From assembly GCA_964016885.1 (NCBI GenBank), contig OZ024754.1, forward strand, positions 34,286,001 through 34,350,000: DNA of 64,000 nt, in the 5' to 3' direction. Below the pieces are notes generated by a model. That model had not been told where the DNA came from. It ran no database searches and saw only the letters and a list, made by a program, of their open reading frames with translations. The stretch is from Eledone cirrhosa (taxonomy: Eukaryota). Made by a program: the position numbers and the translations under genes. Positions 11,996 through 23,834 of this stretch are shown here, piece after piece (position 1 is the first letter of the stretch; every line of letters starts with the position of its first letter).

Positions 11996-12458
11996 TCAGG
12001 TCACTCTTGAGTGCTACTGGTAGCATGTAACCCAGTACAACCTGTCGCATAGTGAGGTCGTCGGCGACTAAACCGGCAACCCCACCAAGTTTACTTGGTG
12101 AGGAGGGTGATTTTGGACACCCTGCAGGACAAAAAACAAAACCTGACAAAGAGCTGAAGAACTCATAAGAGTCAACGGCCATCTAAAAATCCTGCCAAAT
12201 CAATGGGTGGCAGTAATTCCAGCTGCACGCATCGAAAGACTGGTGTAGTGGTTCTGAGAACAATGCAGCTTGCAGATGACAATGGAAAGGCACTTCCGCT
12301 CGAGTTAGAAGAGAACTATTGACCTTCAGGAGAAGCAGCGACTCCTGATTGTATTCAGCAACCAAAACAAATATGAAGTACACCAAATCCAATGCTCCTA
12401 GGGGTGGCCCTGGTTCTTATTTGTGAGTGTAAACTTGGCCAGATTAGATTAGATTAGA
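11996..12458 (+). mobile_element. Short non-autonomous retroposon (RTE-like 5' region, (AGATT)n tail)
   Basis: Absent from the paralogous MITE copies, so it is an insertion. Ends in agattagattagattaga. 5' end has HDV-like pairing order. Confidence 0.6.
12000..12076 (+). ncRNA. Degenerate HDV-like ribozyme fold
   Basis: P1 TCACT(12001-5)/AGTGA(12051-5). J1/2 hairpin TGCTAC/GTAGCA. P2 CCAGT/ACCGG (4 of 5). L3 ACCTGTCG. GG at 12056-7. P4 TCG/CGA. J4/2 CTAA. P3 is mismatched as written. Confidence 0.45.
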
Positions 12459-12729
12459 TATATTTACTATTGTGTTTTCACAGCAAAGCCTGAATCTCAA
12501 ATAATATTAAATTTATGAGATTTTGATATTTATATTTAGAACAATACCTTAACATCAGTATGAGTGGCCAGTTTGAACTGAAAGAGGTGAGAGAATTCTG
12601 GTTGGATACAGCCTGTTTAAATGCTAAAGGGTTAAACCTTTTTATGTGAATTAGCATTCTGATAAAAAAGTATTTAAAGTATAGTTTTTTGGAGGTAGTG
12701 TATGTCTCTTGTTTTGTATTTTTTTGTAG

Positions 12730-13099
12730 GCCTGAAGCTTTTGCTGCTGATGTTGCCAACAAAAAAGATGAAGGCCAGATTCCCGATGACATGTTGCCAC
12801 CATCTGGCTCTGATGAAGAAGACCTCGGTACTTTGGTAAACAACTACAACAGACACGTGTGCCCTGCTCATATCCCTGACATAGACTCTAGTGATAGTGA
12901 TGAACACTCTGATGACAGTGAAGCTGTCTGCAGTGATCATTACAGCTCTGGGGACAACAAAACTTTTTCTAATAGCAAAGCCATCTCTAATAATGAGGGT
13001 AAAGGCAGTTCTGAGGATTTACAGAAAGATAATAATGACCAAATCAATCGGGTTTCTTCAAATATATTAGATTTAAATATAAATAAATCCGACAATTAA
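12730..13099 (+). CDS. EIF1AD: EIF1AD exon 4 (acidic C-terminus, stop TAA)
   Basis: ttttgtag acceptor completes W-PEAF. DMLPPSGSDEED...VNNYNR matches the family's acidic tail and VNxNR motif. Confidence 0.92.
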
Positions 13100-13159
13100 C
13101 TTTTAATTATTTGTTTCTTAAGTATTTTTTTCAACTTTGTTTTAGTTATATTGCATACA

Positions 13160-13195
<36 letters not shown>

Positions 13196-15484
13196 TAATA
13201 TAAGGCTAACTAACCAGGGATGTGCAGACCACATTTTAGTCGGTCAGCTATGATGCAGAAAAAATGAACCACTCAATGACCTGTATAAATAGTACAAGCT
13301 GGAGCATTATGTAGCATTAAAACGATTGGAGGCCATATGTAGTTGATTTAGGTTTATTTATATCTCCATGATAAATATTTCACCGAGGAACACAGCTAGA
13401 TAGTGTTCATTCTACCAAATCCAATAGCCAGGGATTGTCAGACAGTATAAAAAAACTTTAAAATATTAAAAACCTCCTTCAATTTTTTTAAAGAAGTTTT
13501 TTAAAGGATTTTATACCGTCTGACGAGCCCAGGGTATCAGATTTAAGTTATGGTTCTCCTTCAATCACGAAATGGCCATAAGGAAATAAAAACTTTTTTC
13601 GGCTGAAGTACGTATTCTTCCTGGATATATGTGCTTTTTGTGTATGTACAAAATACTGTTTGTTCTCAAAAGATATACAGCAGTTCTCTCTCTCTATATA
13701 TATATATACATATATCTATGAATTTGAATTATATATGTTTTAGGAAGGACATCCAGCTGTAAAATACCTAGCCAAATTTACAGTCCTCGTCGGAGCAGGA
13801 TGTGGCATGGTCAACTCTGACCAGACTTGCCTCCCAGCATGGACAACTCGTCTAAACCATGCAAGCATGGAAAAAGGGACTCTAAATGGTGATAATGATA
13901 TATGTGTGTGTATATATATATGTGTGTGTGTATATATATATATGTGTATATATATATATATATATGTGTGTGTGTATATATATATAAGTTGCAGTATGAA
14001 AATAAAGACTTCTATTTTTAATGTGAAGCAGTCACACTGTTGTTTTGTACATTTCAAGAAAGTCTTACTAATGTGGTTTTATATGGTAGAGGACATTAAG
14101 AGTTAATATTTGGTTATTGCTATAGTTTGTCAGTATAGTATTTAGACTGATTAGTAGTTTAAGTGTAAGCATTTCTTTTAATACAAAAATACAATAACAA
14201 AATCATTGATCTTCCCAGTTGGTAAGTTTTAATGTAGACTGACTGGAAATGTCATGTTTATAACAACATTGAAATGACTAATGTAAACAAGAGAGATAAT
14301 TATAGCAAAGAGGATTGCATAGATGAGTTGAGCAAGACAGCAGCTCTGTTGAGTCCAGTAAAGAAGCTGTCGATATAAAAATAAAGCTTGAACCACTTAC
14401 ATATACAAACTAAACATAAATAACATTGGGATCAATTACAATGAGTAGTTCAAAGAAAGCTAATCATACACCTTAATTAAACTTAGAGAGATCATATTTT
14501 CCTGCAATAGCTATCTTATCAGATATTTTAATGCTTTATTGAAACTCAGTCCCCAGTTTTTTTAATACTTCTACTAGAGGGTGTGAGTTTAATTCAAGAT
14601 GGGTGTAAGATGTCTTTAAAGGAAATAATTAATATCAGGTGTCAATGTAATTTTAGTTATTTTCTAATATTTCTAGTCAACTCTGTTTTAACAAACAATA
14701 TGGAAAGGATCAATGGTTGCTGCTTAAAGAATAACTTAACACTATTAATGTGATCAGAGGCTCTGTTATTCATAAGGCTAACCAGGCTGGTACCCAGGGC
14801 CTAGGCAGTGCAGTAAACACCCAGGATGATGATATTCATAAGGCTGACAAAAAAAAAAACGTTTGATGTCTGAATTGAGCTCAAGGCTCATCAGGCCGGT
14901 GCTTCTGGTTTCCATTGTGTGAAGCAACTGAGAGTACAAGACTTCCCTTGGTCAGAAGTGTTTTGCTCAAGAATACAATACACAACCCAGTCCAGGAATC
15001 AAACCCATGACTTTATGATCATAAGTCCAACACTCTTACCACTGTACAATGGCAATTTTTTTTTTTGCTATTGGGAGGTGAAAGATTAAAGTGCCAGACA
15101 GTCCAAATTCCTGTAAAAGCCTAGAGGCCTCACTGTAGGTTAATATGGCCCTGAATATCCTGCTTCAGTCTGATATTGAATCATGTCTTAGTTAGAGAAT
15201 TGGATTCACAATCGTGAGGCTACAAGTTCAATTCCTGGACCGGGCGATGCAAAATACTTGAGCGAGATACTTTATTTTACATTGCTCTTTCTGCCAAGAG
15301 TTGCAACTGGTAGATTCTATCAGCAATGGAAAGACCAATAGAAACATTGTTTCCTTGGTCCAATTTGGTAAGTGAATGAGGTCTGGAATCTTGTCGATCG
15401 ATCTGTGTGTTCCACCAAGAAGTGTTTGGCTTTGTAGGGAGCAGTATCAAAATCAGGAAGTTCTTCCTACATAGAGGAGAATAC

Positions 15485-15602
15485 CTAAGAAAGAGTATTT
15501 CTACATTTCATCAGCGATTTCATAGCCTCAGGTTTCAAGGGCGGTATAACCACTTGATGATGTCTCAATCTTGAGGTAAAAGAATGCAATTTTCTTGCAG
15601 TT
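15485..15602 (-). CDS. FAM194-domain (C3orf20/ERICH6-like) gene, coding exon 12 (terminal, TAG)
   Basis: aatttcag acceptor, phase 2 matches exon 11. KTARKLHSFTSRLRHHQVVIPPLKPEAMKSLMKCRNTLS*. Supported by phase only, not by recognised homology. Confidence 0.55.
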
Positions 15603-15759
15603 CTGAAATTTATATAAAAATATAAAAATTGAAATAAACAAATCATATAAAAAAAATATTTTTGTTTTGATATTTTTATATATATATCTATCTTATATGA
15701 TATAATTCTGCTTGTGTTTCATACATTTGTTTGTACATTTGCTATGCATTACTAATTTG

Positions 15760-16066
15760 ATGTGTTGTTTCCTTGAGCAAGACACTTTATTTCACATTGC
15801 TCCAGTTTACTCAGCTGTAGAAATGAGATGATAGGGACTGGGGTCCCTATCATTCCACTGCAAAGTGGTCGTGGAAGTGCCACGGCAAAAAAGCACCCAG
15901 CCCACACTGTAAAGTGGACGTGTAGGCACCACGGAAAAAAAGCACCCAGCACTCACTGTAAATGAGGTTGGTGTTAGGAAGGGCATCCAGCTGTAGAAAT
16001 CAAGCCAGAATCAGTTCCCGTCCCACCCTTGCAAGCAGGGAAAAAGCGGACGTAAAATGATGATGA
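15760..16066 (+). mobile_element. Family-B young CORE-like SINE (5' truncated)
   Basis: Near-identical to the copies at 17912, 25684 and 37541. Ends gcggacgtaaaatgatgatg. Confidence 0.8.
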
Positions 16067-16578
16067 CACAACTACACATAAATACATAAAGAGATACACA
16101 CACAACAGAAGTACATGTACACACATCTACATATACATAAATAATTATTCCATACAGTTATGTAATGACTGAGGTAGGAAGGGGTCGTGAAACGCTATGT
16201 ATGTTCGTGTTACTATATATATGTGTGAGAGTTTGTGAGTTTGTGCATTTATATTTATATACTCATACATATAAATGTATGCATATGGATGGATATACAC
16301 ATACATAATCCTAGAACGCAACGCTGTGTATGTATCTGTGATGACTGAGGAAGGAAATGGCTGGTGAAACAGTACTAATATAACTAGCTTACTCTTTATT
16401 ATGTTGGTGTTTGGAACATAAGTTAACAGAAATTCTTACATAAAATTTTGATGGAAGGTTTTTTAGATAAATAAAACAGTGTTGTATTGTAGAATCAGAA
16501 GTAGTTTCAAGCAGTTTGGTTTGAAATGTGTTAAAAGAAAGAAATCAGGGCTTAATGATATCAAGCTGACATACTTAC

Positions 16579-16711
16579 TTGGAAACATCTTCTAAAGCTT
16601 GTATGAAAGTTTCTTTGTTCATTCTATCAACAGCATCTGAGTCATTGGCTAGTTTCTCTGGAATCAATTTATTACAACTGGAAGTCAGCATTGCTTTATT
16701 TGGATAAGTAT
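16579..16711 (-). CDS. FAM194-domain gene, coding exon 11
   Basis: gtctcag acceptor and gtaagt donor. Open frame DTYPNKAMLTSSCNKLIPEKLANDSDAVDRMNKETFIQALEDVS. Phases 1/2. Confidence 0.7.
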
Positions 16712-16994
16712 CTGAGACACATGAAGCATAAATAAATGGCAAATAATTATCTGCATTATATCAAAAATGGGGAAAAAAATGAATAAATTTACAGCTCACA
16801 CCTATGCAGGTTTAACTGGTCTCTTACAGGATTGCATCTCGTTGATTTTTTTATGTGTTTGTGTGTTGATATGGGCCCCAGACTTGTGTCTTGCTGGTTC
16901 AGGAAATGAACCCATGAGCTTATGATTGAGAGTTGGTGACAGGAAATGAATCCAGTTAAGTTATATGTATGTATATATCTATCTAGGGTGGGTA

Positions 16995-17493
16995 AAATTC
17001 CTGAGATCCGTGGACGAGTTCTCTCCAGTGCTTTCCGTCCTTCATCATCGCCACCATGTCCTGTATCTCCCAGGGACCAGTCTGTCATTAGGGCTTCAAT
17101 ATATGTCAACCTCAGTCTCCCTCTTCTAGTGTGTCCATGTAGGGGCTCCCACAGTAGCACTGAGTGCAGTGTCAACTCCAAATGTCAGTGAGCATGTCTA
17201 GTTAACCTCAGTCTCCTCTGTGTCACTTTCGAGCTGACTTTTGAGATGCTCCCATACAGCTGAGTTCTTCATCCTCAGTGTATACCGATTAATGTTCAGA
17301 GCCATCCTCAGCATTCTCGTGAAGCACCCATCCACCATCTGAGTGAGTTTCTTGGTCAGTGTCTAAGTCTCAGACCCGTACAGCAGCACAGACTCCACTG
17401 TAGCAACGAAGAGACGAGTCTTCAGGTCTTTACAAAGGTCCAACTTCCACACCGATCTCAAACTGTGGCACACCGCCCAAGCTTTGCTCTTCC
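16995..17493 (-). mobile_element. RTE-type LINE 3' fragment
   Basis: Minus frames give RLFVATVESVLLYGSET, DGCFTRMLRMALN, RRLRLTRHAH and VLLWEPLHGHTRRGR. Confidence 0.75.
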
Positions 17494-17911
17494 ACATATA
17501 TATATATTGTCTAACCCATGCTAGCATGGAAAATGGACATTAGATGATGATGATGATATATATAGTTTATTGGTGTGCAACAGTTAGTTACTATTGGTTC
17601 ACTAATTTGAGCATTCAATGCTAATATAGGTCCGGTTGCCGATATAGTACAATTGGTATTACACTGTAGTCTGATAAGTTATTGATTCCTGAGTAATCCC
17701 TTGAGCTAATCGATCACAAAACGCACATCTCATGTGAATAAACATGATGATGCTATATTGATAACTCATTCCTACTCCTTATATATATATATAATATATG
17801 TTAAGACCCTCTTCCTGCTATATCAAGTGTTAACCTAATATATTCCTTCCATATACTGTACCGATTGTGTTGTTATTTCTGTTTACCTTTTACATATATA
17901 TATATATATCA

Positions 17912-18252
17912 TTTCATCATCATTTCATTTTACGTCCGCTTTTTCCCTGCTTGCAAGGGTGAGACGGGAATTGGTTCTGGCTTGATTTCTACAGCTGGAT
18001 GCCCTTCCTAACACCAACCTCATTTACAGTGAGTGCTGGGTGCTTTTTTGCCGTGGCACCTCCACGACCACTTTGCAGTGGAGTGATAGGGAACCCAGTC
18101 CCTATCATCTCATTTCTACAGCTGAGTAAACTGGAGCAATGTGAAATAAAGTGTCTTGGTCAAGGAAACAACACATCACCCGGTCTGAGAATTGAACTCA
18201 CAACCTTTTGATTGCAAAGCCAATGCTCTAACCACTAAGCCATGTGCCTCCA
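17912..18252 (-). mobile_element. Family-B SINE, full length
   Basis: tRNA-like head ggaggcacatggcttagtggttagagc...gagttcaattctc, CORE-like body and (ATG)n tail. Confidence 0.8.
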
Positions 18253-18265
18253 TATATATATATAT

Positions 18266-18430
18266 CTCAACTAGAAATTGATTGACATATATATATATCT
18301 CTAAAATAAACATATGAAACAATCACAGGGAATAATTTGTAAAAGTGTGTACTTTTACAAATTATTTCCTGTGATTGTTTCATATGTTTATTTTAGATAT
18401 ATATATATATGTCATTCAATTTCCAGTTGA
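18266..18430. repeat. Near-perfect palindrome, about 80-bp arms and 4-nt loop
   Basis: ...gaataatttgtaaaagt GTGT acttttacaaattatttcc..., centre 18347-18350. Confidence 0.9.
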
Positions 18431-18546
18431 TATAAAATGCTCGGATCTATTTATTGGAATCTTGGAGCATATTCTACAGTGGATATGGCGCATGTCTCTC
18501 TGACATGACACCCTTAATTTAATTTAATTTAATTTAATTTAATTTT

Positions 18547-18580
<34 letters not shown>

Positions 18581-18793
18581 CACTGGATTAACCCCTTTAC
18601 TTCCCTCCGAAGAAGTGATATTATCTCAAAAATTAAGGATATTTAAATAAATATAAGGTAAAAGACTAATTGTCAACAATATCTTTTGCATTTGCATTTA
18701 TATTCTATATCCATACCTGCATTGTCTTGGCCTTACAACTCCAAACGTTTATACCTCATTACATAATGCTTCAAGTGAACTACAACTTCCTCC

Positions 18794-18824
<31 letters not shown>

Positions 18825-19036
18825 GTGTGTATCCAGTTTAGAATAAGTATACTGTATCCCCATGATTAAAAGAGTTGGTTTCAGGAAAGTCATCCGGCTT
18901 TAAAACAACAAAGTATCATCCAACCTACACCAGCATGGGAGCATCAACATAATGATGATGAGGATAATATCCATCCATCTACCACGGTATTTAGATAAAT
19001 ACATTTTAAAATAAACAGCTTAGTATCATATAATCA

Positions 19037-19325
19037 GGCATGTGTCCTGGTGGTTAAGCTGTTGGATTTCCAATCATAATGTCGTGGGTTTGACTCCTTG
19101 ACTGGGTTGTGTGTTGAGTTCTTGAGTAAAAAAAAAATATATATATTTCACATTACTCTAGTATATTCAGCTAAAAACAAATACCAGCAGTAGCTGGGGA
19201 TTTAACCCTGTGATGGACTGGCATCCTTACCTAGAGGGTCTTTTGTAATATCAGTCGCTTAACACCACAGAAGCTGGCATAAGCACCAGGTTGATGAGCC
19301 TCTGGGCTTGAAACAGACTTCAGAT
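19037..19325 (+). mobile_element. Family-D tRNA-derived SINE
   Basis: tRNA-like head, CORE-like body, aaccctgtgatggactggcatcc block and tail ataagcaccaggttgatgagcc. Paralogs on - at 42665-42945 and 14866-15045. Confidence 0.65.
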
Positions 19326-19421
19326 TTTATTATTGAATCAAGGGCAGTTTCAGGAAATTTAGTATTGAAAGGGTTAAAGGCCATATTTAAGTTAGAATAC
19401 AGGTGAATCACTTATATCTAC

Positions 19422-19660
19422 CTGCTTCTGATGTGTAAGTCATTCTTTGCTTCTCCTTGGAGTCACATTCAGTTATTGTGATACATATTGAACCGAGTTT
19501 GTTATCTCTATGTATCAGACTTTCTTTTTCTGTTTCTACAGCTGGACATGTCTGCTTCATCTGGTTACTCTGATAAGTCCCACTGCTTCCTTTGCGCACA
19601 TTCTTTACTGTTAAACCAACACTGACCTGATAGTGTCTCATCCAGTTATTTACAATATTT
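19422..19660 (-). CDS. FAM194-domain gene, coding exon 10
   Basis: ttattgcag acceptor. RNIVNNWMRHYQVSVGL...TSEA. Donor CAG|gtagat. Phases 2/1. Confidence 0.75.
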
Positions 19661-20444
19661 CTGCAATAAATAAATGATTAATTTACATTTGAAGCATCAG
19701 CTAAATATTCCTACAAAACAAAAAGAAAATGCACCTCATGCACTCTGTAAAGTGGTTGATGTCAAATATGGAATGTATGAGGAAGATGAGGTCTCCAACC
19801 TATCTACTCATGGATTGGAATAACCTGCCCAACCCATGTAGAAAACGAATGTAAAATGAAGATATAGTTCATTGCATCTGAGCTGAATATCACTTCATTT
19901 GTAACTTTACTCTTCTTAGTTAAAGAAGTGCTAATTTTCAAATGAGTCTCACTGTAAGTAAATAATAACATTAAGTCTAATATTTTACCAGTAAGATGTC
20001 ATTCCAAGTGCATAACTCAGAGATCAGAGAGTCACTCTAGGTAGAGCAATGGCCTTGTTCCAGGGGAGTACCAGGGGACAAGTCCTCCTAACTTTTTCAA
20101 ATGTCTATGTTTTATTTTTTGTTTATTTGATATAATAAATTCTTTTTAAGCTATTTTTTTATATCTGAACTTCATTTGAATATATAAAATTTAATTAGCG
20201 TAAAACTTTACTTATGTGATAGGGTCCAGGAAAGGCACCATAAGCAATTTATGCTCCTTTAAGAATCAACAAATGTTGGTTTGTCCCCCTCACATTTTTA
20301 AGGCAAACGAGACCCCTGAGGTAGAGTCATAACTTTTCTGAATTGAGAGATCACAGCTTCCAAAATTACAACATTTCAAAATTCATTTATACATGGTTTT
20401 TAAATATAATTTTAGACATCAAATATAATATCAAAATTCATTAC

Positions 20445-20533
20445 CTGGCTTTCTTTTGTAAACATTGTAGTTCAGATTCATTTGGCATCCTAAAACATAT
20501 TTTCTCTGATATGTCCATCGACTTTCTATTTTG
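20445..20533 (-). CDS. FAM194-domain gene, coding exon 9
   Basis: ttttacag acceptor. QNRKSMDISEKICFRMPNESELQCLQKKA. AG|gtaatg donor. Phases 0/2. Confidence 0.75.
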
Positions 20534-21245
20534 CTGTAAAAAAGTGGAGGTAACTGACAGTTGGTCAATGGGGAAGGAGTGTTAATATATATAGATTGGC
20601 AGAATTGGTAGAGCGTCAGACAAAATGCTTTGCAATATTTACTTATGGCTCATTACAGTTCAAATCCCACTGAGGTTAGTTTTGCCTTTCATCCTTAAGG
20701 GGTTGTAAAATAAAGTTCCAGTAATACACTGGGGCTGATTTAATCGACTTTCTCCACCCCCCACCCCCACCCCACCCTCAAAAAAAGAAAATTCTTGGCC
20801 ATGTGCTTAAATCAGAAACCATTATTTATTGTCCTGTTATATATATTTACAAACAGGAAAAGATAGAGGTTGGGGAGAAAAAGTATTTTTTTAAATAGTG
20901 GGAGAATTGGGGGACAGGAAAAACTCTACACCTTTGGCAGGGTGGTATGCCTCAGCTGCACTCTGTGAACAAGGGGGAAGAGGAAGTGTTTGATTTTAAA
21001 TGAAAGGTAAAAGATAACACATAGCTATAGGCAAACCAAATTTAATATTATGATAGTTATTATTGAGGGATTGGTTTCACTTCCATCATAAAGTTTTACA
21101 TGTCTCAACCAGTAAAATTACAGATATTTGTTTTACTGACCCAGAAATGTAGACAGGCTGGGTTGACTTAGTTGATTTATGGACATAAAACAAATGTAAC
21201 ACTAAAAAAAGATATTGCAAAGTATCTATCTGGTTCACTTCTTAC

Positions 21246-21438
21246 TTAACCCTTTAACATTTACATTACTCTATATTTACTATTGTATTTTCTTGGTAAA
21301 AGCTTCGAAATTTTGATGTTATGTATTTTAAAAACAATACCTTAACATATGTATGAACAGCTGGCTATGGCTGGTTTGAACAGAAAGCAGTGAGAGAATT
21401 CTGGCCAAATATGGCCGATTTAACTGCTAAAGGATTAA
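21246..21438. mobile_element. piggyBac-like MITE
   Basis: TTAA-CCCTTT...AAAGGA-TTAA. Same body as 62580-62802 and 11933-12635. Confidence 0.7.
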
Positions 21439-21517
21439 TCTACAATTTTCAATCCTTTCAACCTATTTCATTAACACTGAGTTATTTAGTCATTCATTAT
21501 TTATTTTGACTTGAAAG

Positions 21518-21710
21518 GGCGGTGGATTGGCAGTATCGGTAGAGAGTCGGACGCCATGCTTTCCAGCATAGTTACGTCCCTTTACGGTCTGAGTTCAAAT
21601 CCCGTCGAGGTTGACTTTGCCTTTCATCCTTATGGGGTCGATAAAATAAAGTACCAGTAATGCACTGGGTAATTGCTGGCCTTGTGCCTAAAGTAAAAAC
21701 AATTATTTAT
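21518..21710 (+). mobile_element. Family-A SINE
   Basis: ggcggtggattggcagtatcggtagag...gagttcaaatcccg...aacaattatt. Confidence 0.8.
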
Positions 21711-22268
21711 TTTGACTTCAGAGGGCAGCAAATTGCCAAAATTTTTAGTGTTGGGCAAATCCCTTACAGTATTTTTTTTTTTATTCTTTACATTCTGAGT
21801 TCAAATTCTGCCAAAATCAACTTTGCCTTTTATCCTTATAGAGTAAAAAAATAAAGTATCAGTTATGTACTCAGGCTTATTTAATTGACTTTCCCCTCTT
21901 ACCAAATTGCTGGCCTTGTGCTTAAATTAGAAATCATCATTTATTTCTACAGCTTTTGTTTGTGCTTTGGTTTTTTTTTCCCCAGTTTTTGATCACTTTT
22001 AAATCTGTAAATGTGGCAAGGGATCGGGAGACTGCATGGAGTAGAAAGGTTAGCCTGTTGTGGATGAAACTGGTAGACAAATGAATCATGTCAACAGAGT
22101 AGAGAGGACCATTTAGTCTTGTCAAGGACTTGACAAACTCTCATGTGCTGGTGCCACAATACAATGTACCCAGTACATTTTATAAAGTGGTTGATGATGA
22201 TGGTGCTGGTGGTGGTGTTTGGTGGCGGCGGTGGTGGTGGTGATGATGATGTAATAAAGTAAACCTAC

Positions 22269-22376
22269 CTTTTGGATTATCTCAGGCTGCTTCTGTTGAT
22301 TGGGGGGATATCCTCTAAGGAGATCTTTGGCAAAAGATGACAAAAATGGGCCAGATGTCATCAAAAATAATTCTTT
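22269..22376 (-). CDS. FAM194-domain gene, coding exon 8
   Basis: ttttctag acceptor. KELFLMTSGPFLSSFAKDLLRGYPPNQQKQPEIIQK. AAG|gtaggt. Phases 0/0. Confidence 0.72.
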
Positions 22377-22533
22377 CTAGAAAACAAAAACTAAATTGTA
22401 GAAAAATGTGTGGCTGATATATAATATATGATTGTGAACTCAACGTGCAAATCCCTAGGCCATGCAGCTTCACCGCCCAATATAATATTCCTGTAATTTC
22501 AGTAATGTAATGAATAAAAACAAAAGTGTTTAC

Positions 22534-22710
22534 CGTTTCTTGCTGAGATGATTGAAGGAAAGATCTGTTGGTGGGACCTGGTTTTAGTCGAGTCACGCCA
22601 TGTGATATTGAAGAAGTGAGGTTGAATTTGAAATGTTTTGTAGGATCTAGTTTCAAATGAAGAATAAAGTTTGCTTGGCTGGTACAGTGGAAATAAATCT
22701 GTTTTGTTAC
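22534..22710 (-). CDS. FAM194-domain gene, coding exon 7
   Basis: tttctatag acceptor. VTKQIYFHCTSQANFILHLKLDPTKHFKFNL...QQET. ACG|gtaaac. Phases 0/0. Confidence 0.75.
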
Positions 22711-23728
22711 CTATAGAAAAACAACAACAATCAAAACAAACAAAAAGGAAAAAAAAACCAAAAACATACAGATATGAGTTCATTTAACCCTTTTGATACC
22801 AAAATGCCTGAAACCACCATTGGTTCAAAAATACAGAACTGTATATTTTAAAGTATTTATGTTTATTTTAAATCTCTCCAAATTCTTATTTTCAAAATTG
22901 CGCAAAAATCATAGGAAGTGACTATCATTAGAAATATAGTAATATTTCTAATGATAGCCACTTCTTATGATTTAAAGGGTTAAATATCTTTACAAAGGTT
23001 GTTTCTAACTTACCTGAAACAGCCTCTGATTGTGTCACACAAAACTGTCAGTTTTAAACCGTTTATATTTATATTTATACCTTCATTACTACAAGGTAAA
23101 ATAAAAAAGGAAGGGAGCTGATCGTCAGATCAGACCAAGGAAACAATATTTCTTCTATTGGTCTTTCCACTGATGATACTATTGGCAGAATAAGCAACAT
23201 AAATCAAAGAATTTTGCACAAGAACATTAGCCTTCACCTAGTACAGGAATCAAAACTATGACATTATGACTGTGCATCCATCACTCTAACCACTAGGCCA
23301 TGTGCCTCCATAACTAGTAAAAACAAGAGTAAAGGCACACTTTGATTGCAAAGGACCTTTGGATTTGCATCTAGACAGTTCCCCTCCAAAGCACAAGTCT
23401 GAGCAAGGTTGTTGTTTGTAGAAAACCAGCAGTCGCCCATTAATCCAGTTTCCTTTCTCCATACCACCGATGTTATCCAAGGGAAAAGTAAAGGCTGATA
23501 CAGTTTGGCACCAGTAATGTCACAACTCATTTCTACAGTTGAGTGAACTGGAGCAACGTGAAATAAAGTGTCTTGCTCAAGGACACAACACACCACCTAG
23601 TCCGAGAATCAAATTCACAACCTCATAATTGTAAACTCAACTCTCTAATAACTAAACCACATGTCTTCACTGTCTAATGACAGATAGCAGTAAAAGAATA
23701 GAAAATATATGCCTAATTGCTGTCTTAC

Positions 23729-23834
23729 CTTGTAGCTAGTCTTTGGGAACATCTTATCTCTGCCTCTAGTGAAATGTTTAACTTCTGTACAGTTTTCATT
23801 GAAGAAATAACATTCAACAGGGCTCACAAACATT
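23729..23834 (-). CDS. FAM194-domain gene, coding exon 6
   Basis: tattttag acceptor. RMFVSPVECYFFNENCTEVKHFTRGRDKMFPKTSYK. AAG|gtaaga. Phases 2/0. Confidence 0.78.

Larger units (their letters stand above)
11933..12635. mobile_element. piggyBac-like MITE (TTAA|CCCTTTAGCATTTA...TAAATGCTAAAGGG|TTAA) interrupted by a retroposon
   Basis: TTAA-flanked CCC/GGG TIRs. Uninterrupted paralogs at 21246-21438 and 62580-62802. Confidence 0.75.

Noticed and set aside
19288-19322. Hammerhead-like TGATGA-GCC..GGC-TT-GAAAC at the family-D SINE tail
   Set aside because: There are extra bases before GAAA. The paralogs at about 42680 and 14880 lack GAAA and no stem I or III forms. It is better read as the ordinary AGCC/GGCT 3' stem-loop of a SINE tail.
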